Positions 37,747-47,937 of a DNA stretch of 61,892 nucleotides are shown one piece after another (position 1 is the first letter of the stretch; the number at the start of each line of letters is the position of its first letter). Both the position numbers and the translations under genes were made by a program. The notes under the pieces are model-generated. The model did not search any database and had not been told where the DNA came from. It saw nothing but the letters and a program-made list of their open reading frames with translations. The DNA is from Acidimicrobiia bacterium (GTDB lineage: Bacteria > Actinomycetota > Acidimicrobiia > Spongiisociales > ZC4RG35), in contig WHUC01000002.1 in NCBI GenBank assembly GCA_009377435.1, forward strand, positions 1 through 61,892. The letters run 5' to 3'.

Positions 37747-40263
37747 TCATCCCGCCCCCTGGGCGGCGACGATGTCGCGGTCGATGGCCTTCACCGCCTC
37801 GGCTGCCGCCGGTGCCAGATCCGGTGCGGTGTCGCGCACCTGGCGGAGGATGTCGAGGAGTTGACGGGCGACCCGGACGATGTCGCCGGGCGCCATCGAC
37901 CCGGGGTCGATCTCGTCGAAGAGGGCGCCGGAGGTCCATTGGTGGGCGATTACCGCGAAACCGGGGTCGGGTCGTCGTGTCGGGGGAAGACGGACCTCCA
38001 ACTCCGCCCTGGTCAGCCGCTCCCAGGTGGTCTCGATCGACTCCCATACCGCCGCGGTGGCGCCCGAGGGGAAGATGGGTGGCGAGGCATGGTCGGAGCG
38101 GGGCTCGTAGACGAGTGTTGACAGGACGGTGGCCAGATCGGGGGCGGAGAGATCGACGAATAGCCCGTCCTCGAGGGCCTCGGCCACTATCAGGTCGGTC
38201 TCCGAGTAGATGGAGCGGAGCCGTCGACCGGAAGCGGTGAGTGACCAATCCTCCATATAGCCCCAATCGGTGAGGAGGTCCTCGATCGACCGGAACATCC
38301 CGATGAGGTCCTCGGTGCCACGTCTCTGCTGCTCCTTGACGAGTTGGTCGATCCGTCGTTGTGTCGACAGGGCGCGACGGGCCCATTGCACATGCTCGTG
38401 CGCCTGGGGACATTCGGCGACGGGATGGGCGATCTCGGTTTCTCTCGGGGTGGGTTCTTGATCGGCCGGCGGCACCTTGCGGAGTGCCCGCAACACCTGT
38501 TGGGAGTACTTCCGTGACCTTGGTGCGAAAGGGGTGGGAAGTGTGATCCGTCCCGAGATCCGGTACGACCGCCCCAGATCCCGACGGGACACCTCCGAGA
38601 CGCGTCCCCTGGTCGACATGACGAGATGGTTGGGCGCCTTCCTCCCCCCACGATGGGTGCGACGAAGGATGACATACCTACCCGCCCTCCGACCGTCGGG
38701 AACGTCGAGAACATCGCCGGGATCGAGGACGACCTTCCCGGAATGGTCGACGTGCGCCTCGAGAAGTGCCAGATAGTCGAGCACCGATCCCCGGTCGCAG
38801 GTCGCCCGGTCCCATTCGTGCTCGAGTTCGTCGCTCCTGCGGTCGATCACCCGCTGCAACTCGTCGTCGCGGTCCTTGTGCTGGAAACTCGCCAGCGAGG
38901 ACCCGATCAGCTCATGGGCCCTCTCCCTGGTGTAGTTGGCGACCAGGTTGGCCGTCATGTTGTAGGTGGGTCGGAAGCTCGACCTGAGTGGGTGTGTCCC
39001 CGCAGCCGCGATCGAGGATGCCTCGACGAAGTCGACGTACCTGGTGTGGAGGACAACCCCGTACCCGTGGTCATCGATGCCACGCCGCCCGGCGCGACCG
39101 GTGAGTTGGGTGTAGTCACCGGGCTGCAAGAGGGCGTGCCCGTCCCCGACGTACTTGGAGAGCTGCTCGATGACGACCGTCCGGGCGGGCATGTTGATGC
39201 CGAGGGCCAGGGTCTCGGTGGCGAACACCACCTTGAGGAGACCACGGGCGAACAGATCCTCGACGGTTTCCTTGTAGGCGGGGACCATACCGGCGTGATG
39301 GGCGGCGATCCCCGCCTCCAGGGTCGTCACGAATCGGGTGTGATCGAGGACGGCCAGATCCTCGTCGGCGAGGTGAGCGGTCCGCGCATCGACGATCTGG
39401 CGGATCAGCGCCCGGTCCTCGATGTCGGTGAAGCGGACGCCCGCATTGGTCAAGGCGGTGGCGGCGGCGTCGCATCCGGCGCGGGAGAACACGAACACGA
39501 TGGCGGGGAGCATCGACCTCTCGTCGAGTTCCTCTATGAGATCTATCCGCCGTGGGGTCCGGTAACGGGACCGTTTCCCTTCGACCTCCAGCATCCGGGC
39601 GATCCGGCGGTTGCGGGTGCCGTCGGGGCCGAACATGGGGAGGACCTCGGTACTACGGTTCACCCGGTCGTTGAGTGCGTACAGCGATTGGAGGGGCACG
39701 GGTCGGTTCTCCTCGATCACCAGATCGGTGGGGCCGCGACGCTCCCGCACCCATGCGGCGAACTCCTCGGGGTTGGCGATGGTCGCCGAGAGGGCGACCA
39801 TCGCGATGTGCTCGGGGGCGTGGATGATTACCTCCTCCCAGACTGCACCGCGGGCGCGGTCCTGGAGGTAGTGCACCTCGTCGAGGATGGCGATGGCGAT
39901 GCTGTCGAGGCGGTCGGGATCGGAGTAGATCATGTTCCTGAAGACCTCGGTGGTCATCACCACGATGTCGGCGTCCCCGTTGATCACGTTGTCACCGGTG
40001 AGGAGACCGACCCTGTCCTCGCCGTGCACGGCGACAAGGTCGCCGAACTTCTGGTTGGAGAGCGCCTTGATCGGTGTGGTGTAGAACGCCCGCTTTCCCT
40101 CGGTGAGGGCGACATGGATGGCAGCGTCGGCGATGAGGGTCTTCCCCGACCCGGTGGGAGCTGTTACCACTACCGATCGCCCCTTGGCCACGGAGCGGGC
40201 GGCCTCGATCTGGAACCCGTCGGGGTCGAACGCCTGCGCCGCGAAGAACTCGCGCAGACTCAT
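37747..40263 (-). CDS. helY: Ski2-like DEAD/DEAH-box RNA helicase HelY
   Basis: 838-aa ORF. APTGSGKT, DEVH, SAT and QLTGRAGRRG helicase motifs. Position next to tatC as for Rv2092c. Confidence 0.9.
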   Translation of the reverse strand: MSLREFFAAQAFDPDGFQIEAARSVAKGRSVVVTAPTGSGKTLIADAAIHVALTEGKRAFYTTPIKALSNQKFGDLVAVHGEDRVGLLTGDNVINGDADIVVMTTEVFRNMIYSDPDRLDSIAIAILDEVHYLQDRARGAVWEEVIIHAPEHIAMVALSATIANPEEFAAWVRERRGPTDLVIEENRPVPLQSLYALNDRVNRSTEVLPMFGPDGTRNRRIARMLEVEGKRSRYRTPRRIDLIEELDERSMLPAIVFVFSRAGCDAAATALTNAGVRFTDIEDRALIRQIVDARTAHLADEDLAVLDHTRFVTTLEAGIAAHHAGMVPAYKETVEDLFARGLLKVVFATETLALGINMPARTVVIEQLSKYVGDGHALLQPGDYTQLTGRAGRRGIDDHGYGVVLHTRYVDFVEASSIAAAGTHPLRSSFRPTYNMTANLVANYTRERAHELIGSSLASFQHKDRDDELQRVIDRRSDELEHEWDRATCDRGSVLDYLALLEAHVDHSGKVVLDPGDVLDVPDGRRAGRYVILRRTHRGGRKAPNHLVMSTRGRVSEVSRRDLGRSYRISGRITLPTPFAPRSRKYSQQVLRALRKVPPADQEPTPRETEIAHPVAECPQAHEHVQWARRALSTQRRIDQLVKEQQRRGTEDLIGMFRSIEDLLTDWGYMEDWSLTASGRRLRSIYSETDLIVAEALEDGLFVDLSAPDLATVLSTLVYEPRSDHASPPIFPSGATAAVWESIETTWERLTRAELEVRLPPTRRPDPGFAVIAHQWTSGALFDEIDPGSMAPGDIVRVARQLLDILRQVRDTAPDLAPAAAEAVKAIDRDIVAAQGAG

Positions 40264-40985
40264 TTCTTCAGGATGAGACGGACCACCCAGTAGGACGTCT
40301 CGTAGAGGAGATAGAGGGGGACGGAAAGGGCGACCAGGGTCAGAGCGTCACCGGTCGGGGTGATCAGCGCCGCCGCGATCACCACGATCAACACCGCCCA
40401 GCGGCGACCCCTGCCGAGTTGCTCCGACCCGACCACCCCGGCGGCGGCCGCGGCGATGAGAAACACCGGGAAGAGGAAGGAGGCACCGAATGCGAGCAGG
40501 AATCTGAGGACGAACGAGTAATAGTCACCCAGCCGCAGGTTGTTGTCGACGTCCTCGAATATCCCCAGCAGAAATCGCAGACCACGGGGCAGGATGAAAT
40601 ACCCAAAGACGACCCCACCGATGAACAGCACCACCAGGGCGGCCACCACCGGTATTGCCGTACGTTTCTCTCTTGTCGTCAGGGCGGGGAGGATGAAAGC
40701 CCACACCTGGTAGAGGACGACCGGGCTGGAGAGGATGAGACCGCCGAAGAGCCCGATACGCATGAGCACTCCCCACTGCTCCCCCGGTGCCAGGGTTTGC
40801 AAGGTGGCCTCGGGCGCCGCCGCGAAGAACGGCCTCTCCAGTATCTCCCGCAACGGGTCGGCGAAGAACGCAGCGGCGAAACCTGTGATGAGTACGGCGA
40901 GAGCGATCTTGAAGAGGCGATTCCGCAGCTCATCGAGATGCTCGAGAATCGGCCTCGGATCGTCGAGTCGGGACACCGGCGTCAC
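40260..40985 (-). CDS. tatC: Twin-arginine translocase subunit TatC
   Basis: 241-aa six-TM ORF. HLDELRNRL N-terminus typical of TatC. ATGA overlaps on both sides. Confidence 0.9.
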   Translation of the reverse strand: MTPVSRLDDPRPILEHLDELRNRLFKIALAVLITGFAAAFFADPLREILERPFFAAAPEATLQTLAPGEQWGVLMRIGLFGGLILSSPVVLYQVWAFILPALTTREKRTAIPVVAALVVLFIGGVVFGYFILPRGLRFLLGIFEDVDNNLRLGDYYSFVLRFLLAFGASFLFPVFLIAAAAAGVVGSEQLGRGRRWAVLIVVIAAALITPTGDALTLVALSVPLYLLYETSYWVVRLILKK

Positions 40986-41395
40986 GTGCCCGCCGCCTCC
41001 GGCGGTTGATCCTGCGACGGTTCGACGGGTTCGGCCTCCTCGACCGGGGCTTCGGGATCCTCGCCCTTCTCGATCCGATCGAGATCGCGCATCGCCTGTT
41101 CCGGTCCGGGACCCGACTGTGGTTTGGGGCCGACCCAGTCGAGTCGCGACATCCCGACCTCGTCGACGGTCTTGCGCAGGTCACGACGGACGTCCGAGAT
41201 GGGACGACGGGCCGCGTCGGCGAGGCCCTTGAGGTCGCCGACCTCCTTCTCGAGGTCACGGGTGAGATCGGAGGCGGCGCGGCGCATCGCCCGACTCCAC
41301 TCGCCGGCCTTGCGGGCCACCCAAGGGAGACGCTCCGGACCGAGGACGAGTAGGGCCACGATGAGAATGATGATGATCTCGCCGCCCTGAAGCAT
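40982..41395 (-). CDS. Twin-arginine translocase TatA/TatB-family protein (TatB-like)
   Basis: N-terminal TM plus the amphipathic helix IIIILIVALLVLGPERLPWVARKAG. The GPERLP motif and the 137-aa length resemble TatB more than TatA. Confidence 0.8.
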   Translation of the reverse strand: MLQGGEIIIILIVALLVLGPERLPWVARKAGEWSRAMRRAASDLTRDLEKEVGDLKGLADAARRPISDVRRDLRKTVDEVGMSRLDWVGPKPQSGPGPEQAMRDLDRIEKGEDPEAPVEEAEPVEPSQDQPPEAAGT

Positions 41396-41444
41396 ATGTG
41401 AATGTTAGGACCGGACGGGTGGCAGGCCACCCATGATCCGGCTA

Positions 41445-42377
41445 CTAGGCCCCATACCTGGTGAGGATGGCCCGTCCCAATTCCTCGACAGCCTCCCTCA
41501 CCTCGGTGCCCTCGACCAGGGTGGCGTTGCTCCCGAGTCGAAGCAGGAGACGGGCCGCCACCCCCGGTTCGGATGCGGCAAATCGGATCCGGGTTTTGGT
41601 GGCGTACTCCTCGATCACATCCACCGGGTAGTAGTCGAGCACCCACCGTGCCCCAGGCTTCAGATCGATGGTGGCGTGGACATCGTCCTCCGAAGGGGTG
41701 TAGTGCACCTCGGGTTCGGGAGTCGTCTCTGGTGGGTCGAAGGTCTCGTCGTTGACGACCACCGAGTTGATGCGGTCGATCCGGAAGACCCTCTCCCCCT
41801 CGGCGAGTCGGCACCAACCCGTCATGTACCAGTTCCCCAGGGAGCTGAACACCGACCACGGCTCGACGACCCTCTCCTTGCGCACCCCGTCGGCCAGACC
41901 GGTGTGGACAATGGTGGCGGTGTGGTGGCTCGATGCGGCTTTGGTGAGTGGCCCGACGAATTCGGGTTGGGCGCCCGTGTCGATATCGATCCCACTCTCG
42001 GTCTCGGGGAGCAATGCCGCCGACAACTTCTCGATCGCCGAGTCGAGGGCGGGGTTCCCCAGCCCCGAACCGGCCACCGTCAACGCCGAGGCCAACATGG
42101 TGAGCGCCTCGGCGGCGGTGGGACGTGGAGCGTTGGCGAAGTAGTCGGCCATCTCGACGCCCACCTCGTCGCCATCGATGTACGCGTACATGAGATCACC
42201 CGGGCCGTAGCCGGGGAGCCCACACACCATGACCGTGTTGATGTCACGGACGAGATTGCCCTCGGTGTACCCGAACCGGGAGCACACCTCGTCCACCGTC
42301 GCCCCCTCATTGGCGATCAACCAGGGGATCATCGAGAGGATCCGGGAGAGTCGCGCCGCGGTTCGCGAGGTGGTCAC
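41445..42377 (-). CDS. pafC: WYL-domain transcriptional regulator PafC
   Basis: 310-aa HTH-WYL ORF, second of two paralogues directly downstream of pafA. Confidence 0.8.
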   Translation of the reverse strand: MTTSRTAARLSRILSMIPWLIANEGATVDEVCSRFGYTEGNLVRDINTVMVCGLPGYGPGDLMYAYIDGDEVGVEMADYFANAPRPTAAEALTMLASALTVAGSGLGNPALDSAIEKLSAALLPETESGIDIDTGAQPEFVGPLTKAASSHHTATIVHTGLADGVRKERVVEPWSVFSSLGNWYMTGWCRLAEGERVFRIDRINSVVVNDETFDPPETTPEPEVHYTPSEDDVHATIDLKPGARWVLDYYPVDVIEEYATKTRIRFAASEPGVAARLLLRLGSNATLVEGTEVREAVEELGRAILTRYGA

Positions 42378-43288
42378 TCCCCCAACGCTCCCCTCACCCG
42401 GTCGATCACCATGTCCCGCAGTTCGGGCGGGGCGACGACCTCGGCATCGGGGCCGAAGCTGGTGATGAAACCGACGAACGCATCTCGATGCCCGACCCGC
42501 ATTGTCGTCTCCAGGGTCTCCCCCGGCTCATGGGGCTCCTTGAGTATCCGGGCCGCCCACCACGCCACCTCCGGGTCGAAACGCACGGTGGCGGTCTGTT
42601 CGGGGTCGGGCCCGCCCTCCCAGGGATGAAGATCCAGCTCGATGCTGGGGTCGAAGTCGGTGGGGCGTTCGAATGCTCCCTCCTCTCCGGCGACGATACC
42701 GGATATCCGATCGACCCGGAAGACCTTGATCTCCCCGTCGGTCCTCCCCAGGAGATACCAGTGGCCACGTCGCCGGGCGATCGTATACGGATCGAGACGA
42801 CGCTTGCTCCCGTGGTAGGTGAACCGGATCCGACGACGACTCCTGATGGCATCGAACAGCTCGACGGCGCCCTCGATGTCACCCCCGAGATCGGCACCGA
42901 GAGGCGCACCCCCACCCTGCCAGGCCAGACCCCCCAGTTTGAACAGAGCCTCCGGTCCCGCCGGCTGACCACCGACACGGACCACATTGGCGGCCAGGGC
43001 AAGGGCGGCGCGCTCCTCGTCGGTGAGCTCCGGGTCGGCTATCCCATACTGGTCGGGGTCGACCACGTACCCCTGGTCGATCTCCCAGACGTCGATGTAT
43101 CGGAGTTCGAGAGGTACGCCGAGCTCCTTGAGCTGCTTCTTGTCCCGTTCGAACATCCGATGGAACGCATCGTCGGTTTTGTCGGCGTATCCGGCCACCG
43201 TCCTCCTGATCTCGTCGGCATCCACCGGACGCTCCACCGTCAGCAGGAAGGCGAGGAGGTTCAGCAGCCGCTCTATCACGTTCCTCAT
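42374..43288 (-). CDS. pafB: WYL-domain transcriptional regulator PafB
   Basis: IERLLNLLAFLLTVERPVDADEI...RMFERDKKQLKELGVPLE N-terminus, then a WYL domain (HWYLLG). Confidence 0.8.
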   Translation of the reverse strand: MRNVIERLLNLLAFLLTVERPVDADEIRRTVAGYADKTDDAFHRMFERDKKQLKELGVPLELRYIDVWEIDQGYVVDPDQYGIADPELTDEERAALALAANVVRVGGQPAGPEALFKLGGLAWQGGGAPLGADLGGDIEGAVELFDAIRSRRRIRFTYHGSKRRLDPYTIARRRGHWYLLGRTDGEIKVFRVDRISGIVAGEEGAFERPTDFDPSIELDLHPWEGGPDPEQTATVRFDPEVAWWAARILKEPHEPGETLETTMRVGHRDAFVGFITSFGPDAEVVAPPELRDMVIDRVRGALGE

Positions 43289-43325
43289 GGGTGTGAGAGT
43301 ACGGGATCGCCGGAGGGGTCGTCTC

Positions 43326-44684
43326 TCACAGGGCGGCGATGAGCTTATCGACCCTGTCGTCCTCGAATGCGAATGGGTCCTTGCACAACACGGTCCGTTG
43401 GGCCTGGTCGTTCAGCTTGAGATGGACCCAGTCGACGGTGAAGTCCCGCTTCCTCTCCTTGGCGGCCTTGATGAACGCCCCCCGCAGTCGGGCCCGGGTG
43501 GTCTCGGGAGGGTTGTCCATGGCGTTCTTGATCTGCTCGTCGGTAACGACACGCTCCACCAGGCCCCGCCTCTCCAGGAGGTGGTACAGCCCCCGTTCGG
43601 GGTTCACGTCGTGATAGGAGAGGTCGATCATGGCAAGTCGCGGATCGGATAGCGTCGTCTGGTGCCGCTCCTGGAAGCGGTCGAGCAGACGGCGCTTTAT
43701 CACCCAGTCGACCTCGCGGTCGAGACCCATCGGGTCGCGTTCGAGCTGAGTGAGCAGATGCTCCCACATCGAGACCGCCTGCTCCATCTCGGGGGGAAAT
43801 CCGGGGTTGCGGGCGTGGCGGATCGCCCGATCGAGATACTCCCACTGGATGTCGAGGGCGGAGAGCTCCCGTCCGTTGGCGAGACGGACCAGACGCCGAC
43901 AGGTAGGATCCTGGGATATCTCGCGGAGGGCGCGGATCGGGTTCTCCAGGGTGACGTCGCGGAACACGGCATCGCGCTCGATCATGGTGAGCAGAACCGA
44001 GATGGTGCCCAGCTTCACGAACGTGGCGTACTCGCTCATGTTGGAGTCGCCGGCGATCACATGGAGTCGGCGATACTTCTCGGCGTCGGCATGGGGCTCA
44101 TCCCGGGTATTCACGATGGGCCGGCTCCGGGTCGTCGCCGACGACACACCCTCCCAGATATGCTCCGACCGCTGCGACATCCCGAAGGTGGTCCCCCGCG
44201 GGCCCGTGTTGAGACGACCGGCCCCGAGGAAGATCTGACGGGTGACCAGGAAGGGGAGGATGGTCTCGACGATGCGGCTGAAGTTCTTGTTCCGGCTGAT
44301 CAGGTAGTTCTCGTGGCAACCATAGGAGTTCCCCGCCGAGTCGACGTTGTTCTTGAACAGGAAGATCTCCCCGCGGATGCCCTCGTCGTCGAGACGTTGC
44401 TCGGCGTTGCGAACCAGATCGGCCAGGATGCGCTCCCCGGCCCGGTCGTGGGCGATGAGATCGTGGAGTCTGTCACATTCCGGTGTGGCGTACTCGGGGT
44501 GGCTACCCACATCGAGATACAACCGCGCCCCGTTCTCGAGGAATACGTTGGACGACCGGCCCCAGGAGACCACCCGTCGGAACAGATAACGGGCAACCTC
44601 ATCGGGGCTGAGTCGCCGCTGCCCGGCGAGGGTGCAGGTCACCCCGTATTCGGTTTCGATCCCCATTACCCGACGATCCATCAC
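43326..44684 (-). CDS. pafA: Pup--protein ligase PafA
   Basis: 452-aa [12 protein letters not shown], carboxylate-amine ligase fold, lacks the Dop-specific insert. Confidence 0.9.
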   Translation of the reverse strand: MMDRRVMGIETEYGVTCTLAGQRRLSPDEVARYLFRRVVSWGRSSNVFLENGARLYLDVGSHPEYATPECDRLHDLIAHDRAGERILADLVRNAEQRLDDEGIRGEIFLFKNNVDSAGNSYGCHENYLISRNKNFSRIVETILPFLVTRQIFLGAGRLNTGPRGTTFGMSQRSEHIWEGVSSATTRSRPIVNTRDEPHADAEKYRRLHVIAGDSNMSEYATFVKLGTISVLLTMIERDAVFRDVTLENPIRALREISQDPTCRRLVRLANGRELSALDIQWEYLDRAIRHARNPGFPPEMEQAVSMWEHLLTQLERDPMGLDREVDWVIKRRLLDRFQERHQTTLSDPRLAMIDLSYHDVNPERGLYHLLERRGLVERVVTDEQIKNAMDNPPETTRARLRGAFIKAAKERKRDFTVDWVHLKLNDQAQRTVLCKDPFAFEDDRVDKLIAAL

Positions 44685-44722
44685 TCGTCAGCCTAGGGGG
44701 AGGTGGGAGTCCGGTGTGCGCC

Positions 44723-44846
44723 CCGGTCGAGTGTGTCGTGGGTCGCCCTGAGTCGGACCGTGTGCACACTCGACCGGCGGGCGGTGGAGTTCCGGGTCGA
44801 GTGTGTCGTGGGTCGCCCTGACTCAGACCGTGTGCACACTCGACGG
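44723..44846. repeat. Repeat family C, copies 2 and 3: two ~55-nt palindromic units in tandem (70-nt period) between prcA and pafA
   Basis: CCGGTCGAGTGTGTCGTGGGTCGCCCTGAGTCGGACCGTGTGCACACTCGACCGG (44723-44777), and the same with GACTCAGA in the centre (44792-44846). Confidence 0.85.
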
Positions 44847-44856
44847 AGGGGCTGGG

Positions 44857-45507
44857 TCAGAGGTCGAGGCGTCGGAAGGCGCGTCGTCCGTTCTCGGGAG
44901 CGAGTACTGCCGCCTCCCAGCCCTCGGACTCCCGGTCCTCGACCGTGTGGAATGCATCGGTGCCGAGTGTGGTGGCCTCGTCGAGGGTCATGCCCTCCGA
45001 CCATCCGTTTCGCAACGCCACGGTTAGATCGTCGGCCTTGCCACCGATGGCGACGAGATCGGTCTCGGCATAAACGGTGCCGTCGTAGCTCACCTTGAAG
45101 AGATCACGTTGGCCGGGCTCGGGTCCGATCTCGGCGAGAAGGATCTCCACCTCGAACGGCTTGGGCTCGTGGCTGAAGATGGTCCCCAGGGTCTGGGAGA
45201 AGGCGGAGGCGAGACCTCTGGCATTGACGTCGTTGCGGCTGTACATGTAACCGGTGACGTCGGCCTGACGAATCCCGGCCTTACGCAGGGTCTCGAACTC
45301 GTTGAATCGGCCCGCACCGGCGAATGCGATCCGGTCGTACACCTCGGAGATCTTCCGCAGGGTGGTCGATGGGTTCTCGGCGAGGATGAGGACACCTTCG
45401 CCATAGGCGAGGGCGACGATGGAGCGTCCCCGGGCGATGCCCTTGCGAGCGTACTCCGCCTTGTCTCTGACGAGTTGTTCAGGTGGTACATAGAACGGGA
45501 TGGTCAT
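44857..45507 (-). CDS. prcA: Proteasome alpha subunit
   Basis: [29 protein letters not shown] is the canonical actinobacterial PrcA N-terminus. Confidence 0.9.
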   Translation of the reverse strand: MTIPFYVPPEQLVRDKAEYARKGIARGRSIVALAYGEGVLILAENPSTTLRKISEVYDRIAFAGAGRFNEFETLRKAGIRQADVTGYMYSRNDVNARGLASAFSQTLGTIFSHEPKPFEVEILLAEIGPEPGQRDLFKVSYDGTVYAETDLVAIGGKADDLTVALRNGWSEGMTLDEATTLGTDAFHTVEDRESEGWEAAVLAPENGRRAFRRLDL

Positions 45508-46280
45508 CTGATCGTCTCGAGCGCTTCCTGGGCGATCGGCTCGAGGACGGCGTTGGACACCTCGGTGATCCCATCGGCGTCGATCTTGAAGACGTTGGGG
45601 AATATGTCCCGCCGTATATCTGGCACACCGGTGCCCATGTCCTCCTGTGCGGCCGACACCAGGGCCTTCACGGCGAGGGCAACCGCCTCTTCCTCCGTCG
45701 GCGGGCCCACATAGGTGGTACGCAGATACGCCTTGGCCAGACGGGAACCCGACCCGGTAGAGCCGAACTCCTGCTCCTCGTAGCGGCCTCCGACGACGTC
45801 GAAGGTGTAGAGACGGCCGACCTCCTCGAGATGGTCGTACCCGGCGAAGAGGGGGACCACCACCAGACCCTGCATCGCCATGGGGAGCTGGTTGCGGACC
45901 ATACGGGACAGGTAGTTGGCCTTTCCCTCGAGGGTAAGGGCACGACCCTCGATCTTCTCGAAATGCTCCAGTTCGGTCTGGAAGAGACGCACCATCTCGA
46001 GGGCGAGCCCGGCCGTGCCGGCTATGGCCACCGCCGACCAGTCATCGGCAGGGAACACCTTGCGTATCGAGCGATGGGCGACCAGGTTTCCCTCGGTGGA
46101 CCGTCGGTCACCGGCGATGACCACACCACCCTCGAAACGGAGGGCGAGCACCGTCGTCCCCTCGGGTACCGACGGGGTGTTGCCGCCGACGGCGAGATCG
46201 GTCCCCGGGGTGATACCTAGCTGGGCGAGGAGTTCGGTAAAACCGCCCACCCCCCCGTCCATGGGGAGCGGACCTCTCAT
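45504..46280 (-). CDS. prcB: Proteasome beta subunit
   Basis: Propeptide followed by [19 protein letters not shown] (catalytic Thr after the G|T cleavage site). Confidence 0.9.
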   Translation of the reverse strand: MRGPLPMDGGVGGFTELLAQLGITPGTDLAVGGNTPSVPEGTTVLALRFEGGVVIAGDRRSTEGNLVAHRSIRKVFPADDWSAVAIAGTAGLALEMVRLFQTELEHFEKIEGRALTLEGKANYLSRMVRNQLPMAMQGLVVVPLFAGYDHLEEVGRLYTFDVVGGRYEEQEFGSTGSGSRLAKAYLRTTYVGPPTEEEAVALAVKALVSAAQEDMGTGVPDIRRDIFPNVFKIDADGITEVSNAVLEPIAQEALETIR

Positions 46281-46465
46281 TCGCCGCCCTTCTGGACGTA
46301 ATTCTTGACGAACTCCTCGGCGTTCTCCTCGAGAACCGAGTCGATCTCATCCATCAGGTCGTCGAGATCGTCGACGTCGGTGGTGTCCTCGGTCGTCTCC
46401 TGCTTCGACTCCGTTTCCTCTTTCTTGTCACCGCCGCGGCGGGTGGGTCTCTGACGGTCGGTCAT
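46277..46465 (-). CDS. pup: Prokaryotic ubiquitin-like protein Pup (C-terminal GGE)
   Basis: 62 aa, acidic, ends ...[21 protein letters not shown]. Confidence 0.9.
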   Translation of the reverse strand: MTDRQRPTRRGGDKKEETESKQETTEDTTDVDDLDDLMDEIDSVLEENAEEFVKNYVQKGGE

Positions 46466-47937
46466 TCGTTGCCTCCGAGTGCTTCGATCAACGCAGCCGC
46501 ATCCTCGGCCCCGTCGAGAAGTCGCTCCGTCTTACTTTTGTTTCCACGTAGGGGATCCATCATAGGAACCCGTTTCAGGTGTCTCTCCCCCGTATCGAGG
46601 ACCAGTGCGTCCCAATTCGCCGCGGCGACCGAGTCGGGGAAACGTCGCACCGTCTCGCCCCGGAAGTAGGCGCGCGTCCGTTCCGGCGGTTGGAGGGTGG
46701 CAGCCTCGATCTGCTCATCGGTGAACAGACGTCGCATCCGCCCCCGGTCGAGCAGCCGGCGATGCAGGCTCCGTTCCGGGTCGACGTCGTGATACTGCAG
46801 ATCGAGGGTCTTCAACTTGGCGCTTTGGGGATCGAGGCCGTGGCGATCGATCATGGCACGCACCAACGTCCGCTTGGCCACCCAGTCGAGACGGTCGGCC
46901 GTTCGATCGGGATCGACCTCGAAATCGGTGAGCACCGACAGCCACTCGTCGAGGACGGGACGCCACTGTCCGGCCTCGTCGAGTCCCTCGGCGTAATCGG
47001 AGAGCCACTCGTGATAACGCATCTGGATCTCCACCGCCGTCGCCGAGCCGCGATCCAACAGCTTGACGGGTTCGGCGAGATCGATGTCGTGGGATATGCG
47101 CCAGCAGGCCTCCACCGGGTCGGCAAGGTCGAGGGGCTCGGGAATGGCCCCGTCCTCCATGGCGGCCAGGAACAGGGCGGTCACCCCCAGCTTGAGATAG
47201 ATCTGGACATCGGAGAGGTTGGCATCACCGATGATGACATGGAGCCGCCTGAACCTCCCCGGCTCGCCGTGGGGTTCGTCGCGGGTGTTGACGATGGGTC
47301 TCTTCAAGGTGGTTTCGAGACCGACCTCCTCCTCGAAGAAGTCGGCCCGCTGTGTGATCTGATAGTCGATATCGGGACGGCCGTTCTCACTGCCGACCTT
47401 CCCCGACCCGGTGAAGATCTGTCGGGTGACGAAGAAGGGAAGGCAGTAGCGGATCACCGTTCCGAAGGGCGTCTGACGGTCGAGGAGGTAGTTCTCATGC
47501 GATCCGTAGGAGTTTCCCTTCCCGTCGCTGTTGTTCTTGTAAAGGGCGAGACGATGTCCGATCCGTTCGGTGGCGGCCACCGCCGACCGGTGGGCGACCA
47601 CCACACCGGCCTGGTCGTGGAGGGTCGCCTCGAGCGGGTCGTAACACTCGGGGGTGGAGTACTCGGGATGGGCGTGATCGACATAGAGCCGGGCGCCGTT
47701 GGTGAGGACCGAGTTGACCAGGGCGCGTTGCGGGTCGGAGACCCCGAATCCCTCGTGGCCGTGACTGCGGGCGTCCCGTTCGGGGCTTTCTTCGTCGTGG
47801 GACCACTGCACCCGCACCCCGGGAACCGGACACGAGTTGACCACGGCCGCCGAGGCGAGGGCCGGGTTGAAGTCGGGATCGGTCATCGCCGCTATCCCGA
47901 ACTCGGTCTCGGTGCCGAGGACCTTGTGGATGGCCAT
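46462..47937 (-). CDS. dop: Pup deamidase/depupylase Dop
   Basis: 491-aa PafA paralogue (LGTETEFGI) located between arc and pup. Confidence 0.9.
   Translation of the reverse strand: MAIHKVLGTETEFGIAAMTDPDFNPALASAAVVNSCPVPGVRVQWSHDEESPERDARSHGHEGFGVSDPQRALVNSVLTNGARLYVDHAHPEYSTPECYDPLEATLHDQAGVVVAHRSAVAATERIGHRLALYKNNSDGKGNSYGSHENYLLDRQTPFGTVIRYCLPFFVTRQIFTGSGKVGSENGRPDIDYQITQRADFFEEEVGLETTLKRPIVNTRDEPHGEPGRFRRLHVIIGDANLSDVQIYLKLGVTALFLAAMEDGAIPEPLDLADPVEACWRISHDIDLAEPVKLLDRGSATAVEIQMRYHEWLSDYAEGLDEAGQWRPVLDEWLSVLTDFEVDPDRTADRLDWVAKRTLVRAMIDRHGLDPQSAKLKTLDLQYHDVDPERSLHRRLLDRGRMRRLFTDEQIEAATLQPPERTRAYFRGETVRRFPDSVAAANWDALVLDTGERHLKRVPMMDPLRGNKSKTERLLDGAEDAAALIEALGGNE

Noticed and set aside
38626-40293. 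555-aa plus-strand ORF antisense to helY. Similar cases: 46579..48264 (561 aa, antisense to dop/arc), 18219..19439 (406 aa, antisense to ispH), 9091..10278, 27682..28872 and 43662..44696.
   Set aside because: All lie opposite genes with unmistakable family motifs. Their sequences are G/D/V/P/R/H-rich with no recognisable motifs. Long open antisense frames are expected at this GC content.
44723-44846. Possible CRISPR array or riboswitch between prcA and pafA.
   Set aside because: There are only two units, each itself a long palindrome, separated by a 14-nt spacer. No cas genes are present and no known riboswitch core is seen. It fits a REP-like element better.
46277-46465. Pup ending in GGE rather than GGQ as a novelty.
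   Set aside because: It is well established that many actinobacteria outside the mycobacteria encode Pup-GGE. Noted only descriptively.
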